The notes beneath the pieces are model-generated. The model saw only the letters and a list, made by a program, of their open reading frames with translations. It had not been told where the DNA came from and made no database searches. Made by a program: the position numbers and the translations under genes. From Balanoglossus misakiensis (taxonomy: Eukaryota > Animalia > Hemichordata): a stretch of 64,000 nt of DNA. Each line of letters opens with the position of its first letter. Position 1 is the first letter of the stretch. The stretch spans positions 3,427,434-3,491,433 of the forward strand of contig CM082593.2 of the NCBI GenBank assembly GCA_040954595.2. Direction: 5' to 3'. This document shows positions 26,767 to 41,446 of this stretch, one piece after another.

Positions 26767-29700
26767 CTGCTGGATAAATCTATACTTTCCATTGTGAATT
26801 TCAAAGTTTTTAACGTTTCTGAAATGTGACACTACTTTTCGTCTCACTCATACCTGGATCCACCGAATCGATGTTTAAGTGCGTTTTGTTTGCGTTGAAA
26901 CATTTAGCGCGCCGTGTACCGTTTAAAATTTAATTGCCCAGAAAGCAATATGGCGCCACAAATCGCGGGGTTCGGATATCGTCTCCATGAGACGGGGGGA
27001 TTAGAGTTGTGCCGCTAACATGAGTTTGTGATTGGATAGACCACGGCATTGTAAGGTCATGAATACCGGCTCAAACTAACCATTCTGGTCGTGTTCCTGA
27101 CATATGAAACATTCAAGAGGTACTTCCGACTGCCCCGTTATACAATTTAATGTCTTCAGTTATCAATCTGAATATGCCAAAGACCGCGCTTTTGAATTTC
27201 TGCTTTTTCCCCATGTAAGGTCCATTACTCGTACTTTACTTCCAATTAAAGCCAGGTTTAACGTCGTCTCGCAGAACTGCTGCATAATTGAACTGAAGTC
27301 GCTTTTGTTGAATTGGTTCTCGACCGCCTTTCGTTTGAAGAACTAAATATTCTGAGGGCGATAAACGCCAGTGATAGTGTCCAGCGTAAGACGAGTAGCT
27401 ATGATGAAACCACACGAACGATAGACTTTGCATTTTTCCTTGTCGGAGACAAGTATGGTTAGGCAAAAAATATTGTTTTATGTTGTCAGCACATACATGT
27501 ACCACCCGTCTTATGCCATTTGAATCTCTGTACATGTATGTAGATGGTACAACGGGGAATGAGTAAGTTTCTAATTACATGCTCATCATGATATTTCTCA
27601 CACAGATAACGTCATAACATATTCACGTTAACGTTTTACAACTTGAAACCACAGCTCCTGTCCCACTCAATCTTTCTGAACTTATTTTATCCGGCAGACA
27701 TGTATTAGGCTTCTGTTAACATTTTAATGAGACTGTACTGCACTTCAAGCAATTCGAAATCTGTGTCCGCAAATACGCAGTTTCCTGTGGGAATTTTTTA
27801 CAATTTCTTTCCTATTCATTTCTAAGAAACTTGACAACCTCCAGAGGGTAGTTTGCATGCCGGTTCAAGCTCTTGATAGATCTATCGATCATAATATGAA
27901 AGTGTGTGCATAAAACTGCCATTTCTGGAGAATATGTCTTTCCCATATGCAAGCTGACAGTCGCAGTGCATAACGTGTCGTCGAGTTACATCATGTTTGG
28001 TTCGACGGACCACAATCTGCCTCCCCGCAGGTGAATTCCTTGCAACGGTTATGCACCAGAATTTCCATTTGGCCGTAAATATAATAGAGCTTCTTGGGTG
28101 TTTATTGGGTAGTCGAAAATTGCTTGTCAGAAATGATGAATCGTTCGCGTGAAAGATTTACACGAGGCTAGAAGCAACAAGTGCTACATACAAGCCTAAA
28201 CAATTTGATGAATATGGAATCAGAGCAGATTGTACAGTCATAGAGAGTGAAGCGCTCGTTATGCGTTTTAAATGCCAGTATAATTACTATCGCCGTAAAA
28301 TGGTAAACTCTAATAACGCGTATTTATCGGATGGGTCGTAATTCACTCGAGTGCCGTAAAACTGCCAGTGCGCATGTGTTGCAATCGTGCTGACTATTAC
28401 CGAAAATATAAATGTTGTCTGGTATCAAACGTCGTTGACGGATCGCTGTGACGTCAGCTTTGTTGACACTAACAGGTTTTTCGCTCCATCCCATCGCTTA
28501 TACCTTCAGAATCCCACTTGGCCTACTCCCAACTCACCTGCTCTCACTCAATTAGACTTACTCGACAGGAAGTCGCACTTTACAGCGAGGCAAACCGATA
28601 TGCAAATGAGTGTTGATGGTGTAAATCCGGTGAGCTGGTGGCACTGAAAATATCCACCTCTCAGTGCTGTTCAGTTGGCGCACAAAAGACGCATTACTTA
28701 TCTTTGAAGTCGGGTTCGTTTGACGACAGTCACATCTCCAAAGACGTGATATGGCAACAATGCATTTCAATACCTTCACGTTTGCTGTAAATGAACTGGC
28801 GTACCCACTGCGTGTTTCCGTCACGACCCCGCTCTTTCCTCTCTGTCATGAACGGAGGCGTTCTCCCCGATCCATCTCCATCACACAACTCGGCATAACC
28901 TTTGTCAACGTAAGGCTTCGAGGCGAAATCCCCCGATCCGAGGCTTACCGCTAAATCCCAAGTGTCACGGGAGATGGTATTTACACGGGGAAATCGGCTT
29001 TCCTTGGCCAAACATTAAATCCAGCCATTTCTTTACAAAAAGCTTAGTGGATGTATTGTCGTCGGGTGAGAAATGTAGTCGATGTCATTTCATAAAGGTC
29101 AGTGCAATCAATGCGAGATTTGAGCAATTTCAATAGTTACTGATTTTCTTCCAGTTCCTTTTTCTTTCAAAGCCAGTGAGTGTTTTCAAAGATGAAGAAA
29201 ACACCACAATGAACGAATACACGTCGAAAATCACACTCTTTTTGAGCACTGATTGATCAGGATTTGCTCCGGTAAAAATGCAAGGATGTCATTAGTTTTG
29301 GCATTAAAACGACAGAGAAGAACATGCTCATCTCTCTCGTCTATTAGAAACGTCTAAATACTTAAAGTAGTGCGAGCCTCGGGGACATATTTTCAGACGA
29401 ATGCTGGTATACAGTTATACGCATCCCACTTTCCATAGCAATTTCTGGCGTGTCAAGTTTCGGCGGGCATATGCACAATGCATGGGGAACTGCATCTTTA
29501 GCTGTAAAATGTACCAAAGCTATTCAATATATCAATGCTGCAGCAGTGAATGCAGATCATTAATTTTCATGTAACTGTGCATGCACTTTCTAATGTTGTC
29601 AACCATGCCTCCAGGCAAAGTGACATTCGCTAACCGAGAGAAAAACTTATTACGTCGAGCGAACATGCACTCTACTCTTTGGGCAAACCCCAATCCGTCA

Positions 29701-32700
29701 ATTTTACACTCGAACGGAGTCACCGTTCGACACGATACGCAACGTTGCCGTTGTTTGACGTGGTTACTTCGCAGAATTGCTACAGAAAGCGCATGCGCAT
29801 GGATTTCTAGACAACATCTTGTTCATTGTTACTCAAAACACGAGTCTCGCCCAAAACAATTTCACTTGAATTTTTAAATTCTCGTCCAGGCAATTTCGTT
29901 TGCCTTGGTTCTAAAATCGTCGTTAAAAGCAGAATGCATTTTTTTCAAGGATGTTAAAGAGCCGGTTCACACAAAAGGCTGTGAACAAGACAGTCAAAGG
30001 TGAACGGAAATTAAGAGGAAATTAACTAAATTGTAAATAAGGGTGAAAAGAGATTAATTAACCTTCAGGCCCTGTCACAAACGAGAGGACTTAAATCAAA
30101 CTGACAGAAACGTCACTTCTTATCAATAGCATGTTCATCAGCCCGACCTTGCCACTAGTAAAATTGTGAAAATTATTACTACGAAGTCAGAGTACGAAAA
30201 TAGATACAGCAACCACAACTGAGTTGGTAAACTGTCTGATTAATATTCACGAAACCCTGTCGTGTTTTTCGTCAAAAACAGCTTAGCCTGAACGATATGC
30301 CAATGTGCATCATTTCTTGTGACATCTAAACAGTCTGGACAGGATGCACTCGCTGTTATGTAATTTATAGTGGCCTACAGAACGTGCAACGGTCACTACA
30401 CAAACGGGCAATCCCGAAGGAGGTGTTGATGATGATTGATGGGGATTTCGGCTCAATCCCCCCTAACGATTATCTATATGTTTCGATACATCCCAAGTAA
30501 TGCCGCCGTCAATTCTCCTGTTAGCAAAGATTACCAGCCAAGGTCTGTCTTTGTCCTGCGGTCCGAAACGGCCATTAGTGACATCATAAATTTGTGACAA
30601 ACGACGATTGGTGTTGTGTGTAAAGCCACGCGGCATCGTCTTACCGCGGAGTGATATAGTACCACTTGTGTGATTGACCCGATAGTCACGTCTTTATCCA
30701 TTCCATCCACGCCGCCAACGTCACCGACAATATTATCCGAGCACTGTGGAAGATAGAACAAACGAATATCCTGCCTCAAGAGGCTATTAACTGTTCCCTG
30801 TTCTAATGCAACTTAAAACGACCATAAACCCCTTTCTCTTGTTTCCGCGAGCGTGTGCGATAAATGACAAGTCCTTGGACTCAAAGCCGGCATCCCTGGA
30901 AACGATAGTTATTGAGAACTTCTCGTAAGGAATTATTGCAAACGCGAGATATTTTGCGAAGTTTCTTTGTAGAACTATAGTCAGCCTTAATGGACAGAGT
31001 ATAATATGACGTAACATGCCGGGGGCGATGATAAACCTCTTGATATGTCAGTGCGTTGAATTCTGTGCCACTGTTATTTATTCTCATTCAAAGTTTATAG
31101 CCCGTGTGCTGGAGTCTCGTTCCTGCCGTTAAGGTCATAGGTCACACAAACCAATATTGGTTTTTCACTTAGCTTGACCTCTATGAACTCTTACGTCGTA
31201 GTCATTAGTATGTCTTACCTGGCTTGTCGTATATTACCCACACGCACGCACGAAAGCAGTGGGCAGGGCGGAAAATTGCTGTTTGAGAAGAGTCTATAAG
31301 GTATTAGTGAAACGAAGGAGGCCACTTGGAACATGCTTGTATATATCATGGGAAATGTGTTTTCGAGCTTAGTATTTTTATGTTTTAAGTCGATGTCTTA
31401 ATAAATCACTCGGTCTGTTTTAGGTAGGAAGCCGAAAACAGCGTCTTTTATAGACACTTACGTGCCAATTCTTGTGGTTTCACGCGTTGTCTTCATTCAC
31501 TGGGGAAAAACCGCGTCTCGCGTGGATTGAGGTCTTGGAAACCCTGACAGAATTTTTGATTGGCTTGCAAATTGAGTTGCGAATACCTCACACCGCTTCA
31601 CCGCAAGATTCTCCGGTGACGGAGCCGTTTTCTGAAACGATCCGACGATGACGTGTGTTGGCAACTCCAATAGAAAGGGAAGTAATTATATGACACAATA
31701 TTACTCTCTCAATTCCACTGATCTGCAGGTCGCCTCTGAACAGACTCCATTGCAATAGCCCGGGTGAATTGCAATCTTATGTAATTTAAGAAGATTGCAG
31801 AATTGTAACTGTTAATACTGTGCTGGAACCCATAGGAATATAAAATGACTCATAATGATGGAAACATGGCGTCTAAGTACGGACCAAATTTTCAATACCG
31901 TGTCAATCATACTCTTGTAATCTGTGTGCCAAACTTGAGAATTGCGCGAAGAAATTCAACTGCGCAAGACGATCCGTTATATTCACACGTTTACAATGTA
32001 ATTAACACAGTGAATGTAACAGTGGCTTCGATGTGTCAAGTGACTTGGTTGTCCGTTGAAATAGAAGTTCCTTATATAATTATGTAAAATTGTTACATAA
32101 CTGTGAGATGATACACAATTAGTTTTTTGTTTTGCCTCAATTCACAGGATTGTCACGTTCGTTTACATAGATCGTCAGTCTATATATAGATTTCAATTGT
32201 TGCACGTGCTTAATAATGCGCCACGCGGGACCTCCACCTCTCCATTACACGGGAATGCATTATACGCCTGGTTAATTCAAACTCTCTTGTGACGTCATCA
32301 ACGTTTGGGGTGACACCGTTATTGATATCCCCAGCGCAAAGTGAGGCAGGTTGGTAATATTCGAGCAACGTCGACTAATCTCTTTGTTTGCGTTCGGGGA
32401 GCAGGCCTGGCCCGCGGGCGTGGCGATGTAACAACATCATATTAAGATCGACGATGCGGTTTGCTCATATTGCTGTAATCTTCGCGTAGGTAGGTCATCA
32501 ACTCAGGCCCGGTTGTCATCGTAATATTGACTAGAACGGCCACTTTGATGATAGCTTTAATGACTGGATAGTCTGCTGGAGAAATATCCCCTGCAGACAG
32601 TGCTTTAATGGAGCTCTCATGTGGATGTGTGTTATTAGAACAAGTTTCTTTCGAAATAATGAAGCAATTTTAGCGCCACTCGTGGTCTTGTTACGCTGAA

Positions 32701-35700
32701 ATCGATAAGGGGAGAGTTTGTGGAGTGTACGCGTTGTTGGCTACCTTGGGTGGCAATTAGAGAGGCAGGGAACATGTTGGGGGAGGCATGCATTCCTTCA
32801 GATATACGCTTCTTTTTCTTCCGAGGTCTAAGGAACCCATATCGCCGGCCATTAGTTTGCCGGGGTATGACGATGAATACGGGTAATTCCGCGGCGCAAT
32901 TTCTTTCACGACGAGGTAATCATGATCTAAAATGTCGCGACAACAGGTATGGTGAGACTAATGCACCGACGAGCGACAAGATAATCCATGCCAAATTGAC
33001 TTGAAATTGTTTTCGTGAAGAATGCACACATCTCTGTATCGGGGCCGCTACTGTTGTCTCCGATCCCGTCAGTTTATATGGAAATTGCCCCCCCCCCCCC
33101 CCTCAAAATAGTTTTTATGTCATTTAACGGCTGCCGAAAGAAATGATTTCCATTTTGTTCGCTGTACTGGAATTTTACGCAATTTTAAGGACATGGTATG
33201 GTACTATGTATTCCTTCTTATTTTTTCTGTATTTTAGTACATATCAATCTTAGCTTATCTCTCTTGTCAGAGAGAAGTTTGTCTTGTTTCATAAATAGAT
33301 ACTGCGTGACTCGATGCGCTATATTCGGATCGCAAGCGCAACAACATAAAATAGTTTGAGTCACGAGTATAAACGATTACTGAGATTCACGCTTGAAAAT
33401 AGGTCATTAGTAGTTTTGTTAGCTATCATTATAAATCTGAGGCTTTCTGGGCAGAACGAGGATAGATGGTGTTATTTTTCGGATTTCTCGAGACTGAGTA
33501 CAATCCATCTTCGTTGCACCCGAAGGTAAAGCTTTATCCCCGTATATGCAAACAAATGACGCATGTCACGCGCACAGTTCCCTTTCTATATCAGGCCGCA
33601 TCTTTTCTTCCGGCTACGAACTGCACACGATGTGTGAACCCAGAACATATAGAAGGAAGACCGTCTGTGTTATAATCATGTTAATGTGAAGCTTAAGACT
33701 TGACGCTCTCGGCATTTTTGCGTCATGGATAAGTCCCGGAAATACGCGAATACCCGGCAAATACACAGAGCATATGCACAGAGCCCTATCACTTTGAATC
33801 AAACAGACACCTAAACGCAGCGCGCAACAATACAAGTCTAGAGTTGATGTGAAGCGGATTTCCGGTGACGTCAGTGTCATTTTCTGTCGGCAATTCCTCT
33901 CGATTTTCACCTTATTGACTTTCAATATACTTCCAGCTGTAACTTGGAGCAATGCTGCATAAATTATCGCGGCAGTGGCAGAAAACGCGGTAACAGTGCG
34001 CACGATTTATACGATAGAGTACATCCTATACTATGAGTGACATGGTTGCTGTACGTTGCAACATGAAGGCCTATAGCACATGTACACAACAACTGGGTTT
34101 GGGGCGTATAGTTTAAGGACGACACGACATGCTACTTGAGTTGCAAGGCAGGAGAAGTACTCTGATGCTCTGCCCATGGGTATTTTACTCTAATTAGACA
34201 AACTTCGCTTTGCAATTTCCCACGAGGAAGTGCTTGTGCTCGTGCGCAAGCGCATATCGAAAGAAGTCCGATCAAAATTGAAATAAGAAGTCCAACAAGC
34301 GTAAGAGAAAACCCACGAGTGAAAGACGTGAAGGAAAAACAGTGCAAAGTAAATCCGAAAAACCACAAATTAAATGAGCGGAGAATGATATACGGACCTA
34401 GTCGAGACAGACAGCCAAGAAGTGATTTACGCATGCGAGAACTTAAGGTCAAAGAAAATAGTTTGGAGATCAGTCAGTCATTGCTCCCTCTCTCTGTTAG
34501 AAACTAAATTTCCATGATTTTTCGTTCAGTCCACGAACGAATGTGATATACGCATGTGCATCACACATATTGAGGTATTCTTGTAGATCGAGACGAATAC
34601 TATTCGCGGCATTTTTCATCAAACATTCCATTCATCGTGTGCACAAATTATTGAATGTCGCAGTCAATTCTGCCAATTATTTTTCAAAAGCACGGCGCTA
34701 CACACGAACGACAAATCCCCCATACCTTTGTTAGTCCAGCAAAGGCGCGGGTGTTTTCGCTCAAACTTTGTAGTCAATTAGTTCGACTTGCGAATACATG
34801 TACACAGGGACAGACCTTGATTTGCGTTGCATTGTAGGAAGAAAAAAACGTCTAGCTTGCCAGAAATAATGGCTTGGCGTGCCATTCTAAAGGATCACGA
34901 ATGTGTTTAACCATCAAGTAAGGAAATTAACGCGTCGCTGCCTTGTTTAACTTCGTCAATATATCGTTATCACCAACGTCGATGATGCTTGTGAGTCTCC
35001 TTGACGATTTTGCTGAGTGACAGAGTTCATGTTAGACGATGGAATGTTCTATGGCCGTTATGCTCGAAAAGGCGGGATTTTTATTATATCCGTCTGTGTG
35101 GAATACATCTCATGATGCCCATATCCTACTTTATTGCAACAGTGCTCATTAACAAATTTAATAGCAATATTAACAGTTTGAACAAAATATTACCAGTAAT
35201 GCAACAACACTGTACTTACATGGCATATTTGAATAATTCTACAAATTGACTTTGTGCACCGGTGAGAAACGGCTCGGAAATAAAATCTTTGCAAATATTT
35301 GTCCCCGTAGAAATACATTGAAATTCACACATACATGTCAATTTCCCCAACGCGGAAGCGTACAGTTTATTTAAGGCTTGCGAGTAGCAGTGCACAAATG
35401 GTCCTCTGACAAATGATCTGACGACTGGGACTTTTCCCCATTGCCCTTTGACCTCTGTTGCTCAGACAGCTTACGAACACAAGTGGCAAGTATTATTTGC
35501 AGCACGAAGCGATTGTGGGACTCGTTGTGGATTTTGCGCATTGCCAATGAGCGGAAATTTATCGTGTTTCGCCGTTCCCGTCAGCCAGCCAGCCAGCCGG
35601 TCTGCCAGTGCGCGCGCGGCCAACAATTCCCAGCAATTTCTTTTGTCTTATCCATCGAGACGAAAGGCGCCGCCATTTTTAATCCAGTACAGCAAGCAAA

Positions 35701-38700
35701 AGCTGATCTTGAATCTGAAAACGCTGATTATAAATACCAGTGTTTACTGGCTGTATCTGAGAATCGATTCACCAGACCTTCTTGTGCCCCAGAATATGAA
35801 TGAAGTCAAATTAATATTAAATTACTGTGAGCGCTCCCACAATAAATAAAAATCTCATAACGTATTCCACCCCATCCATGCACAATGCGATAAAATTATC
35901 ATCTTTACACATGAATTGAGAGGACGGCAATGTATTCCTCCTTATTCAAATTCATGGTTTACGGTTTTACATTACTTTATCATTTCATTTCTATAAAAAA
36001 ACAAATTGTGATAAAATTCGAACGTAGCCACGCGTGGTCATTCAGCTGTAAATGCCAACCTCGATAACTTAAGACACCTTCGTTTTTAGACATGTGATCT
36101 GTGTGCTTCTTCAGCACCGAATGACGTCATGCCCAGCGACGAGGACGTCATGCAACTGTCAACAACGGCCGGCATTTCACTGACGCCAACGGAGGTGTTG
36201 GTTTGTTTTTCGTCCACACGTGTTTCAGGCACTTTGAGACTGGATTGCGTGCAGTTGTAAGCATATAAAAGATGGATGAAACAAACTTGAATGAGTGCCA
36301 TATGCTTTCTGGTGTAAAAAGTTGGACGAACTCTGGCGTGTTAACAAGTGGTTCTTCCATCCGTCATGATTTGTTGACGTTGTTCGCGATTGGCGACACC
36401 AGAAACACGGAAAAGGCCAATTCGCACGTTAAATGTTGACCGTTACCAACAACACGTAATTCCGACACCTCTGGGCGTCGTTTTCAATAAACTCAAGTGT
36501 CGAACTCCGGCCCAACAGGTCGCTGAATTTACAAATCGCTGATTAGATTTAGGAGGCGTCGTCAACGTGTAGTCGATAACGGCAAGTGAAGTATTTGATA
36601 GCTAATTTCGCAAAGGAGTGGAAAAATGACCGATCTTTCTTCATCGCTACCTGGGCCGTTTTTAACCGTAACAACTTCACGCCACCCAAAGTAACCGTGG
36701 CAACAATGCCACCAAAGGCAATCTAAGGTGACAGCGCCATCTACTAGTGTCACCCACCGTAGCCTTGGTAACAATATATTGATGGCTAGATACACTTAAC
36801 GGTACTTAAGTCAAATTAATCTGGAACTTCAAGACTTCATACCAAGAACTTATCGTGTAGTCGTTTTATATACAGTTTCGAACGTCGCTATAGTATGAAC
36901 GCAATCCAAACTGCCCTCAATATGTTTGAAGTAGTTTCAACAACAGCTCTGTAAGGATCAGGTATTCGCATGCATTTGGTCACGTCGCTGTATCTCTGTG
37001 ATCCTACCTTCCAGATGATGGTAACGATATGCAGCATCCTCATCTCGGCGGGTTAAAATATTTATGGACACTTTCATGTCCCGTATACGTTCTATATCAT
37101 TTATTTCTGTGTGTTTTAAAGTGTATATGTCAGCTTTTAACATTGCATCTGATTGAGTGGGCGATAAAAATTTAAGAGAATGAATAATTTAGAGATTTGT
37201 TATATCGCTGCAGCTGGGCTTCGGCAAAAGCATGCGACAAACGCTGTCGTTTCACTGTGACCGGATATTCGAGTACGCTTAGCTTTCCATGGGGAAAAAC
37301 ACTCTTCGTTTCTGACTCTGTGCGAGGCGCAATTAGTGTTAATCTACGCCTATTCTTGCCGGCAATTTCGGGTGCTGATTGCAGAACGATTTGAGTCGCG
37401 CTTTCCGACGTGACTCAAATATTGCAATCGGTGATCATTGTACTATTTGGCAACTCCCTTCTACCTCCGTGGTTATATCAAGAAGAGAATTCGGTCTCTG
37501 TTGTCTGTTCGATGTTCCTATATCATCATGGCCACCGCGCTTCGCTCAACTTTACCTAAGAGAAAATTTGAATCACCCTAGCTCCGTTCTTTCTCCCAAA
37601 GATTTAATTTAGCACATCCGTAAAACTTGCTTTGGCAATTAAAGCGAGACAAGACACGTGAATTACTATTATTACCTCAGAGCGTATCAGCAAACAGATG
37701 TCATGTTGTATTTGCTTTCATTAGCCAGTGTGGGTGTCTTGCGTCTGTCACGGGTAGTATTGTATTAGACTTTACTTTCTTGCATAAATTGGATGTCAGT
37801 GAAAAGGTTAAACCAGATCTAATAGCAGAGAGGAAATACTGTCACTTTGTTTTGATCAAAACTTGGATTGAATTCAGGCGGAGAAGGAAAATCGACGCTA
37901 TTTCATCAAATAAACCACGTTCCCGGTTCAGTGTACAGATCTCATCTGACACGTTTGAAATTTACACACTTTGTTTTTTTTCGCTCTGATTTATCAAGAG
38001 GGGAAAATCCGGACATCCAATCAGTTCTCAGAGAGCCTAAGGCGTTTTACACCTTTCATTTAGATTTGATGAACCATGTAACACCGAAAGAATGTTTGAA
38101 CATTTTACTGGCGAGCATTCCAATACAGATGCCAGATGGTACAAATCACATAGGAAGGGGTGTGTCACATGATATTCAAAATTGAACCCGAGAAAGTTTT
38201 TCGAATGCAACAATATTTGACATTCAACATGGCCACTCTGCCGTGCAGCCGTAATGGCCGACAGCATAGCCGAGAAGTCTGGGTTTTAGTCGAGTGCGCG
38301 TTTTTTATTAGGTCTCGGTTACCCTGTTGTCCACTGATATGGGTTCGCTGTGTCCTTGTTACATAATGGCTTCTTCGCCTTTTGTTTCATGTCGCTCATG
38401 CGCAGTAACTTCTAAACTGTGTTGGCAGACTCAACCGGGCATTATCACTGTTATACATGTAATTTTGTAGCACGCGTTCGTCACAAATTACTCCTAAAAT
38501 CGACGTCTAGCCTTTAAAACACTTTGATCAGTATTCGGTTAGCAACGTGTATCCGTTGACATCATAAAAATACTGGATTGGAAAACTTGATTATACTCAA
38601 TTTTCCACTCTTCGAAATTCAATATTGCTGGCAGTGCTGTGTGAAGCTGCGGGGGAATGTGAATGACGTAATTTATTTGGCCAAGATTGTGATTGTTTTA

Positions 38701-41084
38701 GTTTTCCAGACAGCTGAAAACAAGAAGAATATGACAAATGATGGAATGACATAAATGCGCTTAATTTATTCTGCATACATATTTTACGATATCTGTTATT
38801 GGGACACTTGAACGAATATGTGGGAAAGTGTGACAGGTGACATATAGTGTATACTCAGGGCCGTGTTTTAGTGCGGAATGTGAAACTCTGATTTTTGTTG
38901 TGTTTTGTACATGGCGATCACGCAGAACATGGATAGTTGGTTTCGCATTAGGTAACAAATCAAGCGGGCCACTGGAGAGAGAGATGTTTGCGTAAATAGC
39001 CACGCGTTTCTTGCAGCATGTACGCCTTTCTGGACTCAGATCCCATAATTGACTCTACAGACGATACTCTCGGCATCCCAACACCTGCTGTCGACAGCTT
39101 CTATGTATAGCCCTGAATTCACGGAATCCCTGTATGCAGCGCTTAATAATGCGCTGACGTCATTGGAAACGAAGAACCTTCGAACAAGATCGTGGAGAAA
39201 CTGACCGTTTACTCTTAGGATTATACAATTGATTAATAGTATCATAGACATCCCGGGAAAGCGAATTATACTTATTACAATGTGTACCAGACAGGCGTAA
39301 CTATGGTAACTTCCCTTTAGGGTAATTTTCGTAGAGTGTACAGTAATAACTATTTTGGCAGGTTGGCGATTTTTCCTCAGATGGGGTGACCACATTTGAT
39401 GTTTATGCTTGTGGGGAACGCCGTTGATGTTAAACGACGTCATAAGATCTTGCCATGCGTTTCAATCCAGCCACAGACTATATCTTAGGAAACCATTACG
39501 TTAGCAGTTGACCGACTTGCACACATGTTGGTGCGTGGCATTCCGACGACAAAGTACAGTCACGCCACATTTGAAATGTCAGTTGACAACGTGCTGTCGA
39601 CGGTAGATTCGACACAAACGAGGGAGATGCTGGCTGAAAGGTTTTGGGGCTTTTAAGGCATATTCAAATTCTTGGCAACAAATGGAAACCATGTACGTGT
39701 GTGTAAATGGTTGTATATGCGGTGTGTCCGGCACGGCTCCAATGTGACGCACAATCTAATAGATTACTGGAAACTGGGAGAAGCAAACTGAATGGATTCA
39801 TGGGAAGAAAACAATATTAATGGAACGGAATTAGCCAAATGCATTTATTAATTAACTTCTGAAAGCTGCGTTCAACGAGTTTCGTCACTGTATTATTTAT
39901 TGATAGTACTACGGGCACCAATCGCCCGACGAGAAATTTTATGTTTCATAATGCAAGGTTGATGAATGGCAGTTGAACATTCAGACGTGTATAGGAATAT
40001 GCTCGAACTAATGCGGAGGTATTATTCCTTTGGGTTCTGAACATTCTTTATCCCGTCGGGTTTGATGGCGCGTCTGTACATACCTGGGCCAATGTTTCCT
40101 TCAACTTGCGATAAGGCTTGTGACATTCGGGGAATGCTCCTTTCCTTGAAGGCGGCAAAGGCGTTTCCTGATTGAAAGCGTTTATTTTGAAGACGCCTTA
40201 CAAGCTGAGCTGCAGCCGCGGGGTTAGTTTAGCTATCCGGCGTTGCTGTAGTGAATGATCGAATGAAATTACTCTTGTAAACACGGCGTGTGCTGCTATA
40301 TTGGCAACCAGTGAGATGAACTCTATTTTTAGTTATGCACAGCATCAAATTTAATAAGCGTGGCGCATTAGGACTTTCAGGGATGTATTTTTTGTCCTAT
40401 ACGTGACATTATTAAAGGTTTTACGGCTGTCAAATGGAAGTAGAGTGACGAGAGTTGCGGATTAGCTCATATCAGCGTTGTTTATCTGCACACGGCAGAC
40501 GCGCTTCGCCTTATCCAACCCGTCTACTGCATTCACTCATTTGCATGTCTGTTTGTTCTCTCCGCAGATCACGTGACTCCGTTCAGTGATGTCAGCGCGT
40601 TAACGCGATGAAATCGGAGGTCCCGGCGAACGGCTTTGACGCACGTTTAACGACCAATCTGTGCTAGGGTTCCCTGTATCAGCAACACACCAACCGAAGA
40701 CGAGCCAGTGACCTCTGAACTTACGCAGATGACGTGCAAGATTACTGTGGACGAGGTGTGAAAAGCGAGAAAAAATTCCATATCGGCGAGATTACCACCA
40801 AGCAGATGAATCCCAGCCAATGCCATCGGTCCAACAAAGGGGAAAAGAATGTATACTCTAATGCCTTTACATCCGGGCATTCGGTTTAAATTGGGCGTAT
40901 ATATCATTATCTCTTCGGATAATAGAATCGGGGTTGCGTGTAAACCGCACTATTGATCATTTCACGGCGGTCTGACTGACGTCCTCCCCGTACAGTCCAC
41001 GCGCATTTCCCATATAAAACTGAGTAGAATTTCCCAGCCGGTCTCTACATCTCGGGGTTGCTCCCCATCGCCCCGCAGCCGGCC

Positions 41085-41340
41085 ATGTATGCTTCGATCG
41101 CGAAGTTCGACTGGACTCATCTGTTCACGTGCTGCTACTGCTTCAAGCGGCGGAGGAGAAAATCGGGCCCTTACCACGAGCACAGGAGCAAAGAGTTGGA
41201 CCTCTTGAACATCCCGTCGAGCAGATCGTCGCGGGAGGCCTCACCGGTGCACGTTCGACAGAAGATAATAGCCGGACAGGACCCGATCAATTTTTGGGTG
41301 CTTCGAGATAATGAGATCGAAGTAACAAAAATCCAGCCAG
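41085..41340 (+). CDS. SYT15: Synaptotagmin-15-like gene, coding exon 1 (N-terminal Cys/basic cluster)
   Basis: Kozak-like GCCGGCCATG start; MYASIAKFDWTHLFTCCYCFKRRRRKSGP...VTKIQP; phase-1 donor CCAG|GTGGGT matches the phase of the exon at 50167. Linking this exon to the C2 exons is inferred from phase and codon-like composition. Confidence 0.7.
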
Positions 41341-41446
41341 GTGGGTACTCTACAACTTTCACACCGTATAATGCATACCTGTAGTTCTGTTAGCGAATGA
41401 AACTGCGTGCACGCTGGGCAGTTGGTATTTGCAGTTGGTGCGTCAA

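Noticed and set aside
33614-35849. ORFs of 106-133 aa, one with a signal-peptide-like start (MRTVTAFSATAAIIYAALLQVTAG)
   Set aside because: GTG start, no domain and no splice support.
36725-36750. CTCF-like motif (AGTAGATGGCGCTG on the minus strand; similar GGTGGCGC words at ~10815, ~11293 and ~41880)
   Set aside because: Only partial matches; cannot be distinguished from repeat-derived or chance words without a PWM scan or ChIP.
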